A stretch of DNA of 64,000 nucleotides from Eledone cirrhosa (GCA_964016885.1 OZ024742.1:105214001-105278000); one strand, 5' to 3'; positions 27,263-41,033 are shown, counted from the stretch's first letter. Numbers and translations: made by a program. Notes: generated by a model from the sequence alone, not told the origin.

Positions 27263-27404
27263 CTTCTTTGGACATTCCCATCTTGAAGCATTTCTGTAGA
27301 CGGCAATATTGGCACCGGTTGCGGGAGGTTCGTACAATTTCACAGTTTTTCATTTTAAGACATGAATAATGCATATTTTTTTGAACACTGCGTCGGAAGA
27401 AGCC
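27263..27404 (-). CDS. RAR: RAR second zinc-finger exon: [47 protein letters not shown]
   Basis: ttttag| and |gtac sites, 142 nt, phase 0-1. All C4 cysteines are intact. Not in the supplied ORF track. Confidence 0.96.
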
Positions 27405-27983
27405 CTAAAAATAGCAAAGAAAAATGTGATAAACAAATCAATAATCATTAGGTTAAAATAAACCTTTTACAAATTCTAAATATTGTCAAATCAACTTACA
27501 AACAGAACTAACAATAAAGTATACAACATTTTAAGAACCCTGAGTTTACACTAAACACTGCACAAATTATACAAGGATATGGTATCAATATACATTTGCA
27601 TATCAGGATGGTGGTTTGGCAGAATTGGTAGAGTGTCAAATAAAATGTCATTGCAATATTGTTCCAACTTTTTACATTGAGATCAACTTTGTTTTCCATC
27701 CCTCCAGGGTCAATAAAATGAAGTTTAAGAGGTTACAAACACTGAACACTATGTTGAATGGTAAATACTGTTTGACTACTTCACATACAGACATACATAC
27801 ACGAATGGGGAATGCACCTGCTTTTTCTAGCAGTACCAGTACTACCGCCTTGCAGGGTAGACTAAGTATGTTTTGTTGTGGTATCAGCACTACTACCCCA
27901 TAGAGTGCAGTGAATGTATTTTAAATAAACAGAATATAATGTCCACATGACATAATGAATGCAGAAGTTTTGACCATCATTAC

Positions 27984-28156
27984 CTTACAACCTTCACAGG
28001 AGCTGACACCATAGTGATAACCTGAGGATTTATCATTACAGACAACACAGGGTTTATAAATACGAGGGGCCAGTGGTGGAGAAGGTGGGGGTTTGTTGGG
28101 CATACCACCAACAGCACCACCATTGTCGAAACGGTGCCTGGTTTCATAGATTGTAC
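27984..28156 (-). CDS. RAR: RAR B-region and first zinc-finger exon: (G)[57 protein letters not shown]
   Basis: [28 protein letters not shown] is diagnostic of RAR. Splice sites ttttgaag| and |gtaatg, phase 1-0. Confidence 0.97.
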
Positions 28157-28496
28157 CTTCAAAAGAAGAAAAATTAAAATAATGAATATGAATATTTCCG
28201 AAAAGCAACAGAATTTCAAAACATTTAAACTTTTAACATTCTGTAATGATTGTAATGATTTAGCAGAAAACGTCTAAAAACAGGATTTGTTAATTAAAAT
28301 GTTTATACAATCTATTTGATTTAATGAAGTCACAGTGTTGTTTTGTACTTTCCAAGAATGACTTTCTTATATGGTTTCATGTGGAACAAGGTATTAAGAG
28401 CTAAGATGTATATTAAGAGCCAATTTGTATATTCAAACAATATACAAATGATAGTACACATATACATATGAATAAAGGTGCATACATAGGTCATAG

Positions 28497-28498
<2 letters not shown>

Positions 28499-28582
<84 letters not shown>
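28499..28582. repeat. (GT)n microsatellite
   Basis: Perfect dinucleotide run. Confidence 0.97.
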
Positions 28583-28584
<2 letters not shown>

Positions 28585-29313
28585 ATTTCAGTTATTGGAC
28601 TGTGACCATACTGGGGTATTAATCTCAAACGTTTTAGTCAATCATATCCCAGTTCTTTCATTTATTCTATTACATCTTTGCTCATCAAATGACTAAGTTA
28701 TGAATTTTTCGTTATAAAGGGACTCAACTCGATGGGCAAAGAAACTCAAAAATACATGACAGTCTTATAGTTTCTATTTAGTAAATTCCATTCATAAGAC
28801 ATTAGTCAATCACATAGTTGTAAAGTAAACTTCTATGTATAATACATATAACTTTTATACACATATATCACTATCATTTACCCTTCAAGCATTTTATCAT
28901 AGCATCAATACTAGGGAAATTGTCATGCCTTTGACACAGCTGATAGGTTCTCCTGACACTTTGTTCAGCAGATTTTCTACGGATTGATGCCCTTCCTATC
29001 ACAATCCATTTTATGGAGTATACTGGATGTGGTTGACCAGTAGTTCACCAACACTAAGGTTGTCGAGTCTATAGCATAACTGAAGAATTCTCCTTATATC
29101 TACAAAAGTTAGGTACAACTATAACCCTACAATTCAGAAATCTGAAGGCACTAAACAGTTGTGTAAAAAATGGTTCCATCATTTTCTTGTGCATTTTTTG
29201 TCTGGCTTACCACACTCCCATACTTGGCAGTAGCACTAATATCGCGTAATTCATAATAGAGGTGTATATATAGGCATATATGATGTGTTTATGTATAAAA
29301 AAACACATATACA

Positions 29314-29970
29314 GAGACTTGTTTGTTGGATGATGTCTCCAAGAGATGTTGTAAGTCAGGTATAGCATTCTGTGTATATGCCATCAAGTTTCTTGCAGTG
29401 TACAGCATTCAGCGTCCACAACTCTGAACCGTACAGAAGGATTGTTTCTATACAGGCATGAAACATCTTTGTTTTTGTGTCCTTCTGGATGGCTACCTAC
29501 CACACCCTTTGCAAAGTGTGAAGTGCACTCCATGACTGAGCAAATCTATCATCCATGCCACAGCCAGAGTCAGTGTAACCACTCAGATACTTGAAATCAC
29601 CCATGAGTTCGATATCCGAGCCATTTGATGAGAGCAGTTGCCCATCGCTAGATGGATTCAAGTGCATGTACTTTGTCTTTGGTGCATTCAGAAACAGACC
29701 AACACCCTGTTTGGATCCCTGATTCACATCTCTGATGTTGCAAAATTTTGTTGTCTAACCCATGCCAGCCATGTCACTCGCCATGATGAACCCAGTGGAA
29801 GATTGCTGCTCTGGATCCCGGATGCAAAAAGACGAGTTAACCAGCTGCATATCACCTTGAAATCAATCATTGCGATGGATCTGTGTGCTGCAATGGTTGA
29901 CTGAGGAATCTGGAGCTCAAACTTTGTCACTCCTGCATCATCGCCTCAAGGCAACGGATGACACAAGAAG
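29314..29970. mobile_element. 5'-inverted RTE-like LINE insertion with a 13-bp TSD (AAACACATATACA)
   Basis: Minus-strand KTKYM/FKYL segment abuts the plus-strand C-terminal segment. TSD copies at 29301-29313 and 29971-29983. Confidence 0.8.
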
Positions 29971-32622
29971 AAACACATATACATCTCACTATGATAGTTT
30001 TAAGCTATCACAGTAAGCATGCAAACACCAGGGTTTCGGGAATTTTTTATCCATTATCAATGACATTTACTCACTCAATACTGAGATTAAAATAAACTGT
30101 AGCATATACATTTTTGTGTTTAAAATATCTACTAAAGAAATTAATTTGTATTCAGTGCTTGCTTGACTTGAATGGGCCTCATTGGTAGTAGCACTAACAC
30201 AGCATGATTCATAATAGAGGTGTGTATAAAGACATATATGATATGTATATGTAGATATGCCTGTGTGGGTTCATATAGTTTAAATTCTCTTTTATTTGAC
30301 AATGCTTTGGCAAGACATTTAGCTTGACAGCAAATAAATTATATATAATGTATAATGATTTCTTTATTATTATTTTTATTATTTATTACTATTCAATAAT
30401 AAAATGGACATAACTGAAATTAACACACCCATATATATCATTATCATCACCATTTAACATCTATTTTCCATACATGCATAGGTTAGATGGCTGTCACTTG
30501 ATGAGATCAGACAGGTGATTAGGTCCTGCTCAAACACTTTATTTTGGCTCTGTTTCTATGGCTGGATGCTTTTTAACACCAACCACTTTACAGCATGGCT
30601 TCTACGACTGGATGCCCTTTTAACCCAACCAACATAGTTTTTTGAGTCTCTACACTACCACCTTACAGGGTGGACTGGGTGCTTTTGTAGTGGCACCAGC
30701 AGTATTAAATTACAACACTAGGGTGCTCAGTGTACATGGCCAGGCTGGGATCGGGGGGGACCAGCGTTGCATGGCTAGGGTGAAGAGGTCATGGTGGCCT
30801 GAAAAAAGGCGCATTCATATACTGCTTGGGGCAAGTGGTTGGGTGGTGTCATTTTGTTGCGTGCTAGGCTTTCCCAGGGTTGAGGAAGTGTTGGGGTGCA
30901 AGAGTTTAGCAAGCAGGGTGAATCTGTCAAGGTTGCTCCTACATTTCCACACTAGCATGGGTTGAGCAAAGAAAGCTGGAGTATATAGGCAGGTGAGGAG
31001 TTGAGAGTTGTTCCATCTCCCTTTATTTTTTAGTTTAGAATGGAGAAAGCGATCAGGGGCATGCTAGCAGGAATTTTAGAAGTATATTGACGGGGTGAGA
31101 TATGGAATCTGAGTGTTGTGCCACCTCTCTGCTTCTTCGAGTTTAGGGTGGAAAGGGGTATGTGGGTTAGCCATCCTCCTTGTGCTGCTTCATTCTACTT
31201 GCATGGGAGAGCGAGTTCCTTGTATTATCGAATATCATCAGTTTTCTCGGTCCTGCATCATCTCCCTTGTGAAGTTCAGATGTGTGTGTGTGAGAGCATG
31301 TCATAGTAAGTATGATAATGTGTAGGTCCATATAAGAGTGATGAGTATTTATGTATGAGAGAGAGAGAGTCTGTGGGTGTGCGTAATTCAAGGTTGTGCT
31401 TGTGCTTCAAGGTTATGAAATTTCCAAAATATCTCAGGGCTTCAATTCCTCAGATACACAGGAACACAAAAAAAAAAATGAATAATTGATGGGAGTGGGA
31501 TTTAGTACAGCCTGTACCGCTATTTTTTTTTATCAATAAACAGGTGAGAAGGGTAGAGGGATTTGCATAGACCCCACGCCACCCCTGTGTGCGTGTGTGT
31601 GTGTGTGGGGGGGGGGGGATAAAGAGCAGGCAAGTTTCCACCCTCACTTATGGTGTGAGGATGGGAGAAGCTGAGGGATTATGTAGAAAAATACATGAGG
31701 GTAAAGGAGAGGGTTTAACTTATTTATTTATTTAAGATAAGGCATAGAAATAAGGGTATGTAGAGGTGGGGTGGGTGAAAAGGGGGTGGGAATAGGGTTC
31801 ATTTCATGACCAAATGCACTGATTAACACTGTAAATACCCATTTGGTAGATAGTAACAAGAGAAGACCCTTAATAGATGTTTACTGAATAGTAGAAAATA
31901 ACACTTTAAAAAATTCACCATGCTCATACACACAGACACACATGTGTGTGTGTGTGGGGAGGGGGGATAAGTATCAGTAGTGGTAGTGGTAGTAGTAGTA
32001 ATAGTAGTAGTAGTAATAGTAGTAGTAGAAGTTAGTAGTAGTACAAGTAGTAGTAGTGGCGGCAACAGCAACATCTACATATCTGCCCACACATACGCAC
32101 ACATCCTTCTGAAAGGATAGAGGGTGAAAGAGAGATACAAGCTAAGTAATATGTGGGGGTGGATCACTCTTGCCCGCCCCCTCCCCGCCACTTCACACAA
32201 ACACAGAACCTAGTTTATTCCTTTATCTAGGACATCAGTTAAGGGAGTTAAGAGAGGGAGGAGGAGGAGGAGTTTAAATAAAGAGCTCCTTTTTACTATG
32301 GAAAGGAGGGATAAAGATTAAAATATGTGTATGTGCATGTTTATGAGCTCCTAATGTATGTTGGTTATTTGTGTATGTGTATGTGTTTGTGTATGAGATT
32401 TCTAATTTAGGTACCAGGCCAGCAATCTATGGGAGGGGGAAAGTTGATTATATCAACTCCAGTATTTTAAAGTAACTTATTTTGTAGACCTTGGAAGGAT
32501 GAAAAACAAAGTTGCCCTCAGTAGGATTTGAACTCACAGTGTAAACAGCCAGAGCAAAATACTGTGAAGCATTTGTCCAAAGCTCTGATGACTTTGTCAA
32601 TCCATATATATATCATCATCAT

Positions 32623-32666
<44 letters not shown>

Positions 32667-32837
32667 CACTGAGCTGATCAACAGCGAAACATGTGCCACT
32701 ACACAATAAACGTAATGAAGACATAACAAATCATCCTTTTTACTATTGTGCACTTTTACTCAAGCTTATTGTAAACCCCCCACTGTCTGTCTTTATATTG
32801 TCCCTTAGATGTCGGCCCTTGAGGCCAATAAATGAAA

Positions 32838-33140
32838 TCATCATCATCATCGTTTAACGTCCATCTTCCATACTAGCATGGGTTAGACGGGAGTTGTCCC
32901 ACTTGGGGCAAGATTTGTCGGGTGACCATGTCTCGCTCGTATAGGACTATCTGGCAGGTTTTCTACGGCTGGATGCCCTTCCTAACACCAACCACATTTA
33001 CTGTGTGGACTTGGAACGTTTATTGTGTTACCTACACGGCCACATTACAGCGTGGACTGTGTTTTTTTTTGTTGTTGTGACACCTATACGTTCTCATTAG
33101 TTTGGACTGGATTTTGTGGTACCAACATAACTTTATAGAG
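32838..33140 (-). mobile_element. 3' end of the young RTE-family element
   Basis: Reverse complement of the 34040-34345 tail, ending in (GAT)n. Confidence 0.8.
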
Positions 33141-33732
33141 AAAGGGTGGTATTGGCGGGAGTGGGAGGATGGAGTAGGGGTAGTATATATATATATATAT
33201 ATATAATAAATATGTTTCAGAAGATCCCGTTAAGGGTGAAAGTAGCAATTCTTTGCTTAAACTTTAATCTGTCTTTTTTAATAAATATTTCCTCTGCGTT
33301 TTTTTTATATATTTATATATATATAATATCCTTATTGAGCCCTCTTCAGATTTTAGTCTTCACATTTATTATTACTATATATATATCTATTTTTTATAGA
33401 ATTGACATTCATATTCTTATGAATGAAACTAGTCATGTAGAAGTCATTTCTGTAAAAAAAATAAAGATGCATATACTCTACTAATGTAATGAATGCCTTT
33501 TTTAAAATGTGATCACTTAATATACATCAGGAATATATGTCATTGATGAACTTTGGATTCCAAAGCTGGGTCCGATCAATACAGATCGAAACTAAGAGCT
33601 GATCAATCGCGAAACATGCGTCATAACTCGATAAATGTAATGAACATTTAACACCTCGTCCATATTATTATAATATATATACACTGGGGAATTGCTGGCC
33701 TTGTGCCAAAAGTAGAAACAATTATTATAATA

Positions 33733-34857
33733 TTGTTTACTCGAGAGAAGGCTGCGTTGGTATGGACACGTGATGCGCATGAAAGTCGATAGCTGTATTA
33801 CAAAGTGCAGGGCAATAAAGATAGACGGTAGCCACGGAATAGGCAGACCTAGAAAAACATGGGATGAGCTGATAAACTCCGACCTCACACACTTACACCT
33901 CTCCAAGACAATGTCACTGGACCGTGACCTTTGGCGGTACTCAGTAACAGAGAAGACCCGCCTTGCCAGTAGGCATCTCTAACAAAATACACCCCGTCCC
34001 GCCATCACCCCCACCCCATCCACACCACCCCGTTCTATGTAAAGTTATGTTGGTGCCGCGCCATCCAGGCCGAAACAAATGAGATCGTGTAGGTGTCACG
34101 ACAAAAAAACACACAGTCCACGCTGTAATGTGGCCGTGTAGGCAACACGGTAAAAACCTCCCAGACCCACACTGTAAATGTGGTTGGTGTTAGGAAGGGC
34201 ATCCAACTGTAGAAAACCCGCCAGACAGTCCTATGCGAGCAAGACAATCACTCTTGCCTCAAGTGGGACTACCCCCGTCCAAACCCATGCAAGCGTGGAA
34301 CACGGACGTTAAACGTTGATGATGATGATGATGATGATGATGATATATAAAAATAGACGGTAGCCACAGAGTAGGCAGACCCAGAAAAACCTGGGATGAC
34401 TTGATAAATTCCGACCTCACACACTTACACCTCTCCAAGACAATGTCTCCGAGATCTTTGGCGCTACACAGTAATACAGAAGACCCGCCTTACCTAAGTA
34501 CAAAGTGAAACCTATTACAGTCAGTAGGCACCTCTAACAAAAATAACCCCCCCCCCCTTCAATGTAAAGTTTTGTTGGTACCACAACATCCAGTGCGAAA
34601 CAAATGAGGTCGTGTAGGTGTCACGACAAAAAAACACACAGTCCACGCTGTAATGTGGCCGTGTAGGTAACACGATAAAAACTTCCCAGTCCACACTGTA
34701 AACGTGCTTGGTGTTAGGAAGGGCATCCAGCCGTAGAAAACCCGCCAGACAGTCCTATGCGATCAAGACAACCACTCTTACCTCAAGTGGGAAAACTCCC
34801 GTCCAAACCCATGCAAGCGTGGAAGATGGACGTTAAACGATGATGATGATGATGATA
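33733..34857 (+). mobile_element. Two tandem 5'-truncated copies of a young RTE LINE 3' end
   Basis: LRWYGHVMRM...GRPRKTW C-terminal motif and (GAT)n tails ending near 34345 and 34857. Confidence 0.88.
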
Positions 34858-35370
34858 TATATATGTATGTACACACACACACACATGGATATATTATATA
34901 TATATGTACACATACACACACAGATATATGTATACATATTAATTTAAATTTTTCTTGTCCTATCACTTTGTAACATACACTAACAGTAAGTGCATGTGCA
35001 AAACTACCATGAGTATGGAAGTGTTTTTATGAAACACTATTGCATTATGCTGTACTGTAGGAATGTGTATTAGAAAACTATCATACATGTGTGTGTATTA
35101 AAAACTCATGTATGTTTGTGTAGAGGCATATATAAATAAAGTGATTTATTATCAAAAGTATTTTCAAATTTAACATAAAACAGAAAACAAGTATATAAAG
35201 AAAATTTAAAAAAACAATACAAATATATACACAAAGCAATGCAAATATATACACAATATATATATATATATATATATATATACATGCATAAAAATACATA
35301 CAATACAAATACATATATATACATATAACAGAAAAGTATATTCACATAAATACATAATATAAATATATAT

Positions 35371-35409
<39 letters not shown>

Positions 35410-35599
35410 CACACACATAACACATCTATCTATACACACACATATATATATATCAATAAAAAGTATTATAGAAAGCCATAAATATAAAGGAAGTAGAGTG
35501 AGGAGGGAAGAACGAGTGACAACTACAACTACAACAAATATTTTAAAATTATATCAAGCAGAGAAATATTTGCAGATCTTCAGCTCTCTCTAACCACAA

Positions 35600-36240
35600 A
35601 CTAGATGGAAAGTAACGTTAAAAGTGGGAAAGAGAAGGAGAGGTGATAAATAGATATGAGGAGAGAAAGTGATGAGATAAAAGGGAGTGATGGCGTGAAA
35701 GAGAGAGAGGCAACAGAGAGGGAGTGAAATAGAGAGAAAAGGGGATGAAGAAAATGTAGGGTGGATGGGGAGAAAGCAAAAGAGTGTAAGAGTCCCAGAG
35801 GGATAGTGCAATAGATAGGGAGGGAAAGGAGAGAAGAAAAAAACAGAGAAAGGAAGGAAAGGAGAGAGGGTGAGAATGTAGAGAGAGGGGAGAAAGCAAA
35901 AGACTGAGACAAAGAGAAAGGGTGCAATAGATAGGGGGAGGATAGGAGAAATAAACAGAGATAAGAAGGAATGGAGAAAAAGAAAGAGAGAGGGAACAGA
36001 GTGGAGAGGGAGAAAGCGAAGGAAGAAAAATGAGATAGTGCAATAGATAGAAATGGAAAGGAGAGAAAAAATAGAGATAGGAAGGCAGGGAGAGAGGGAT
36101 AATGAGAATGTAGAATAGGGGATAAAGAGAACACAAGCACAAGAGATAGGAAGGAAGGGGAGAGAGAGAGAGATGGGAGCAGCATATATAGAGGAAGGTG
36201 AGAGAGAGCAACTAAAGGAGAAGAAAAGACAAGAGATCCC
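35600..36240. repeat. GA-rich polypurine tract with a degenerate ~117-120-bp period
   Basis: agaaagc at 35771, 35891 and 36011; gtgcaatagatag recurs at similar spacing. Confidence 0.7.
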
Positions 36241-37267
36241 CCATCAATCAAACTATACCACAAAAAAAATATATTCTTCATCTGCAAATATCTCCTTTGC
36301 TATTCATTTATTTTGTTACAAAGCCAGAAGAGAATTCCAGAGAATTCCAGAGAATCCTGCAGTTGAAACCTAACCAAACAATTCCACAACACAACTCAAC
36401 AAGATCAGAGCTGACTGACCAGCATAAGATGAATTTGGGAGGGGGTGGGGAGAACAGTTGACTACTCAACAAGACAAGATAACTTTAATTGAGATGTTTT
36501 AAAGAAAATTTGTATCAAGAAAGAAATTCATTGAGGCTTTATGTATTTGTTTTAATTATCTATATGAAATTTCTGTAAAAGTAAAAAGTAAATTTGAGGT
36601 AAAAATAGATGCAGCAAAAAAAAAAAATAATAATATTATATATTATTATTATCCTCAACACCGTTTAACATCTATTTTTCCACGCTATCATGGGTTAGAC
36701 AAGTTGTCCTATTGTGAGAAATGCCAGGTCAGGTGACCATGTCTTGCTCATCAGAACCGATTTGGGCTTGGTTTCTACAGCTGAATGCTCTTCCTACTGC
36801 CAACACCAACTACTTTTACAGTGTAGGCTGAGCGCTTTTTGTTGTGTCGCCATCACGACCACTTTACAATGTGGGCTGAGCGCTTTTTGAATTCAAATTC
36901 AAAGATAGGGAAGAGCAAAGAGACAACATATAATCTTGTTATAATTTGTCATAATTATTGATATCATTATCACAGCTATTATTAAATCATTATCATCATT
37001 ATAAAATAACACTGTAAAATGGTTGATGACAGGAAAGGCATCCAGCTGTAGAAAGCTTTGAGGTCAGTAGCCCTGCTTGAGTACTGACTCAGTCAGTGAA
37101 GACCTGTCCAACACTTGCTAGCAGGGTAAATGTATGTTAGATGATGGTGGTGGTGATGATATTGATTAAAGAAAACAGTTAATACTATTAGTGTTAAAAT
37201 TGTTTGGAATTTTGTTTTCTGTTCTGCAGTTATCCAGCCATATTTATTATTATTATTTGCTTATGCA

Positions 37268-37327
<60 letters not shown>

Positions 37328-37839
37328 CTTAAGTTGATGCAAAAATGATTGTTATAATAAATGTTATAAGTTTGATGTTTATTTTGAAATAAACTTATCT
37401 ATGTTCATGTAATATTGTAATAATTTACTGTTTAATCAGGAAAAGAAGGGCAGTGCTATAACACTTTTCAGGGCCTCTGAGACTGGTAAGAGGAGGAAGA
37501 AGGGCTTCTCAAACATGAGACTTGGTTTGAATGCTTGCAACAGAGTGAACTCTGCTGAAGGCAGTGTTAAACATGACTACAGATTAAGGTCTACCACACA
37601 TTTTGAAGTCAAATTTCAGTCTATTGATTTACAATAATAGTTTTGCTTTCACTGTTTATTGTTCCTTATATTTATGGAGAAAAATAAAACAAAAACAAAT
37701 CAGTCATTTTATTGTATGAGTTCAAAATAACATACAAAATCAATCATTTATTTGACAAGAGGGTCCATAAATAAACATAGAGCTTAGCATTTGCTCCCCC
37801 AATTTTGTAATAGAGAAGGAGGAAGGTCAAGAACAGCCT

Positions 37840-38115
37840 TTTGTGATTGGCAACAACCAATTGAAGACCATTAATAAAGTGAATCTACACAAACAGTGTT
37901 GATTGATATTTGAACCACATTGGAAAATCAAAGGAACTTGACAAATGAGTGCCACATGAGCTGCTATGAAGTATATTCTATGATTCTTATACACAACAAA
38001 ATTGATACATTTTTTCATTACCTTGTGACATGATGAAAAGTAGATTCTATACTGCAACAAACAGTCCTCTGTGCAGCAGCTGCACAGAAGTGAGGCAACA
38101 AATGTAGCATACTCG
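37840..38115 (+). mobile_element. Decayed mariner transposase fragment
   Basis: IGKSKELDK*VPHEL (WVPHEL motif) and DEK*ILYCN (DEKWILYDN motif). Confidence 0.75.
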
Positions 38116-38639
38116 AGAGAAGCTTCTATGGACATGTAATGTGTATGGAAAATGGTACTTAGATAAAGAAATGCCAAGCCATCTCTTAGCAGATGGAGCC
38201 TGCAGTGAGGGGAGACTAACAAAGACATAGGAAGAATTAGCGATGGAAAATCTCAAGAAATTAAACTTCATGGAGAAGATAACAAAGAAATGCAACAAAT
38301 GCCAAGACATTGTTCTGAAGAAAAATCATCCAACCCATGTAAATATAGAAACATGGTTACTGCTGTGGTTTTTCTATGGTAGCATGGTAGAAATGATAGA
38401 CTGCTAGATTATGGTAATGTTTTACATGTATTTAGTTACAATTTCATTTGAAATCCTACTGATATCAAATTTGTTATTCATTTTTCCAGAAGAGTTGATA
38501 CATTGAGTACCTGTCAATTACATCTAAATCAATTTAATTAAATAAAGCTACCTTTCTTTCTCACAAAAAATTATCTTGTGTTGCTTACATTAAAAAAAAA
38601 TCATTGTTATTATTCTCAGCATTAGTATTATTTAAGGAC

Positions 38640-39990
38640 ACTTTTGTATTTTATCCTCTAGGGAGGTGTATAGGTTGATAAAATAAATACCAGTCAAGTT
38701 CTAGGAGAGATTTCATTGACCAAACCATCTCCACAAAATGTGTGAATGTACTAATATCAGAAATATGATTATTAATAAGAAATTACTATTTTTCAAAACA
38801 TGCATTGAAAAAACATTATCATTATCATGGATTCATAGAAGTGTTAGAGCATCAGACAAAATGCCTTACATATTTATTCCAGTTCTTTACATTCCGAGTT
38901 CAAATCTCACCATGATCAACTTTGCCTTTCATCCTCCAATAAAATGAAGTACCCATCAAACACCAAGATTGATACAATTGACTCCTCCCTCTCCTCAAAT
39001 TACTGACCTTATGCTTAAATTTTAAATCATTATTATTATTAGAAGCAGTGGATTGGCAGTATCAGTAGAGGGTCGGACGCCATGCTTTCCAGCATAGTTT
39101 CGTCCCTTTACGATCTGAGTTCAAATCCCGCCGAGGTTGACTTTGCCTTTCATCCTTACGGGGTCGATAAAATAAAGTACCAGTAATGCACTGGGTAATT
39201 GCTGGCCTTGTGCCTAAAGTAGAGACAATTATTATTAGAAGCAGTATTTGTAGAGCGTCAGACGCCATGCTTTGCAGCATAAAGTTATGGCCCTTTATTT
39301 TCTGAGTTCAAATCCCGCTGAGGTTAACTTTGGCTTTCATCCTTACTGAGTCGATAAAATAAAGTACCAGTAATGCACTAGGGTAATTGCTGGCCTTGTG
39401 CCAAAAGTAGAAACAATTATTAGAGTTGAAAGGGTTTTCAACTCTAATAATTGTTTCATCCTTAGGGGGTTGATAAAAATAAAGTACCAATCAAGTACTG
39501 GGGTTAATAGATTGTTGACCTCCCACAAAATTGCTGGCCTTGTGCCTAAATTAGAAAAAAAACTATTGAATAGTGGTTTCTAATTTAAGCATAAGCTCAA
39601 CAATTTGTGGGGAGGGGAGTCAATTACATTAACCCCAGAACGTGACTGGTACTTTATTTTACTGACTCTGGAAAGTTGAAAGGCAAAGTTGATATCAACA
39701 GGATTTGAACTTAGAACGTAAAAAGTCAGAACAAATACTGCTAAGCATTTCTCCAATGTTCTAACAACTATGCCCATTTATCGGTAGAGCGTCAGACAGA
39801 CGCCATGCTTCACAGCATAGAGTTACGGCCCTTTACGTTCTGAGTTCAAATCCCACCAAGGTTAGCTTTGCCTTTCATCCTTATGGGGTAGATAAAATAA
39901 AGTACCAGTAGGGCACTGGGGTCGATTTAATCGTCTTTCGTCTCCCCTTCAAATTGCTGGCCTTGTGCCTAAAGTAGAAACAATTATTTA
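38640..39990 (+). mobile_element. SINE pile-up: about 6 plus-strand copies and one minus-strand copy (39575-39775)
   Basis: Repeated SINE body motifs. Confidence 0.88.
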
Positions 39991-40970
39991 ATGAATAAAA
40001 AACGTTGTTGCTGATGTTATTATTAATATTTCTATTTAGTAGCTTGTAAATGCCAACTACAATTTTGGATTTAAGTGTGACATAAAAGCCCATGGAAAAT
40101 CTAAACTCATCACCCTGCTGGTTATGATGACCTAGAAAGAGATGAAAAAGTGACCCAATAGTCAATATGACCTGACAGTCAGCAGTTTGAGAAGATGTAT
40201 GTTAGTTTTAGATGTGGGACAAGGCTTTCCTTTGCATTGAAGCAGCTAGCTCTCTCTCTCTCCCTCCCTCCATCCATCCAACTATCCTTACCTTCCCTGT
40301 AAAGTGTACTTTTGCTGGATTGGAAAGCAGCAGAAAAAAAATGTGTGGGAGGAGGACAAGAGAAAACATGATGAAGGGAGAAAGAGAAGGGCGAGAGAAG
40401 GGTGAGAGAATGTGGAAAAGGAGAAAGGGAAAAATCATATTTAAATACACCTAGAATCAGGAGTCTCCTTATAGAAAGGGGTATAGTTTTCATTATTTTA
40501 GTTTTGTCTTTTTTTTTTATCATATACAAAGTGTTTCAGGATTTTGTGAAGTTATAAAAAGATATAAATATTAAAACAAAAACATAAGAGAACTGCCACA
40601 AAAAGAGAAAATCCCTGCAGCAGGATGGATATATTTCTAGTCATTTCTAGTTCTTCATTATTTTCTCCTTTCTGTTACATTCTTTAAATGAATACTACTA
40701 CTACAACTACTAATAATAATAATGATACTGATTTTCTAACATAGCCACAGGAACACACATTTTAGAAGGAGGAAAAATAGAGAGTGATCTACATATTTTA
40801 TCTCAAGAAAGATGAAAAGCAAAGTCAATCCCTGACCTCATAATTGTAAAGTGACATAACTAAATATGGTTAAGAGACATTTTGTTCATTTCTTTACCAA
40901 TTCTGCCTATCAATAATAATTTAAATATTATGAATTTGAAAATATATTCGCCACAATACAAATAAATTTA

Positions 40971-41032
<62 letters not shown>

Positions 41033-41033
<1 letters not shown>

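Noticed and set aside
27263-28156. Alternative identity as TR, E75/Rev-erb or ROR
   Set aside because: [21 protein letters not shown], VRxDRNKKKK and the GFG motif in the LBD all point to RAR.
29225-30255. Diverged ~70-bp direct repeat (29225-29290 and 30183-30255)
   Set aside because: It looks like an old local duplication with no LTR hallmarks.
35601-36287. 228-aa and 197-aa Leu/Ser/Phe-rich ORFs
   Set aside because: They are artefacts of a pyrimidine tract that is poor in stop codons.
36726-36740. AGGTCAggTGACC nuclear-receptor half-site palindrome as an autoregulatory element
   Set aside because: It lies inside a retroelement tail and is not a DR1, DR2 or DR5 element. I saw no convincing RARE by eye.
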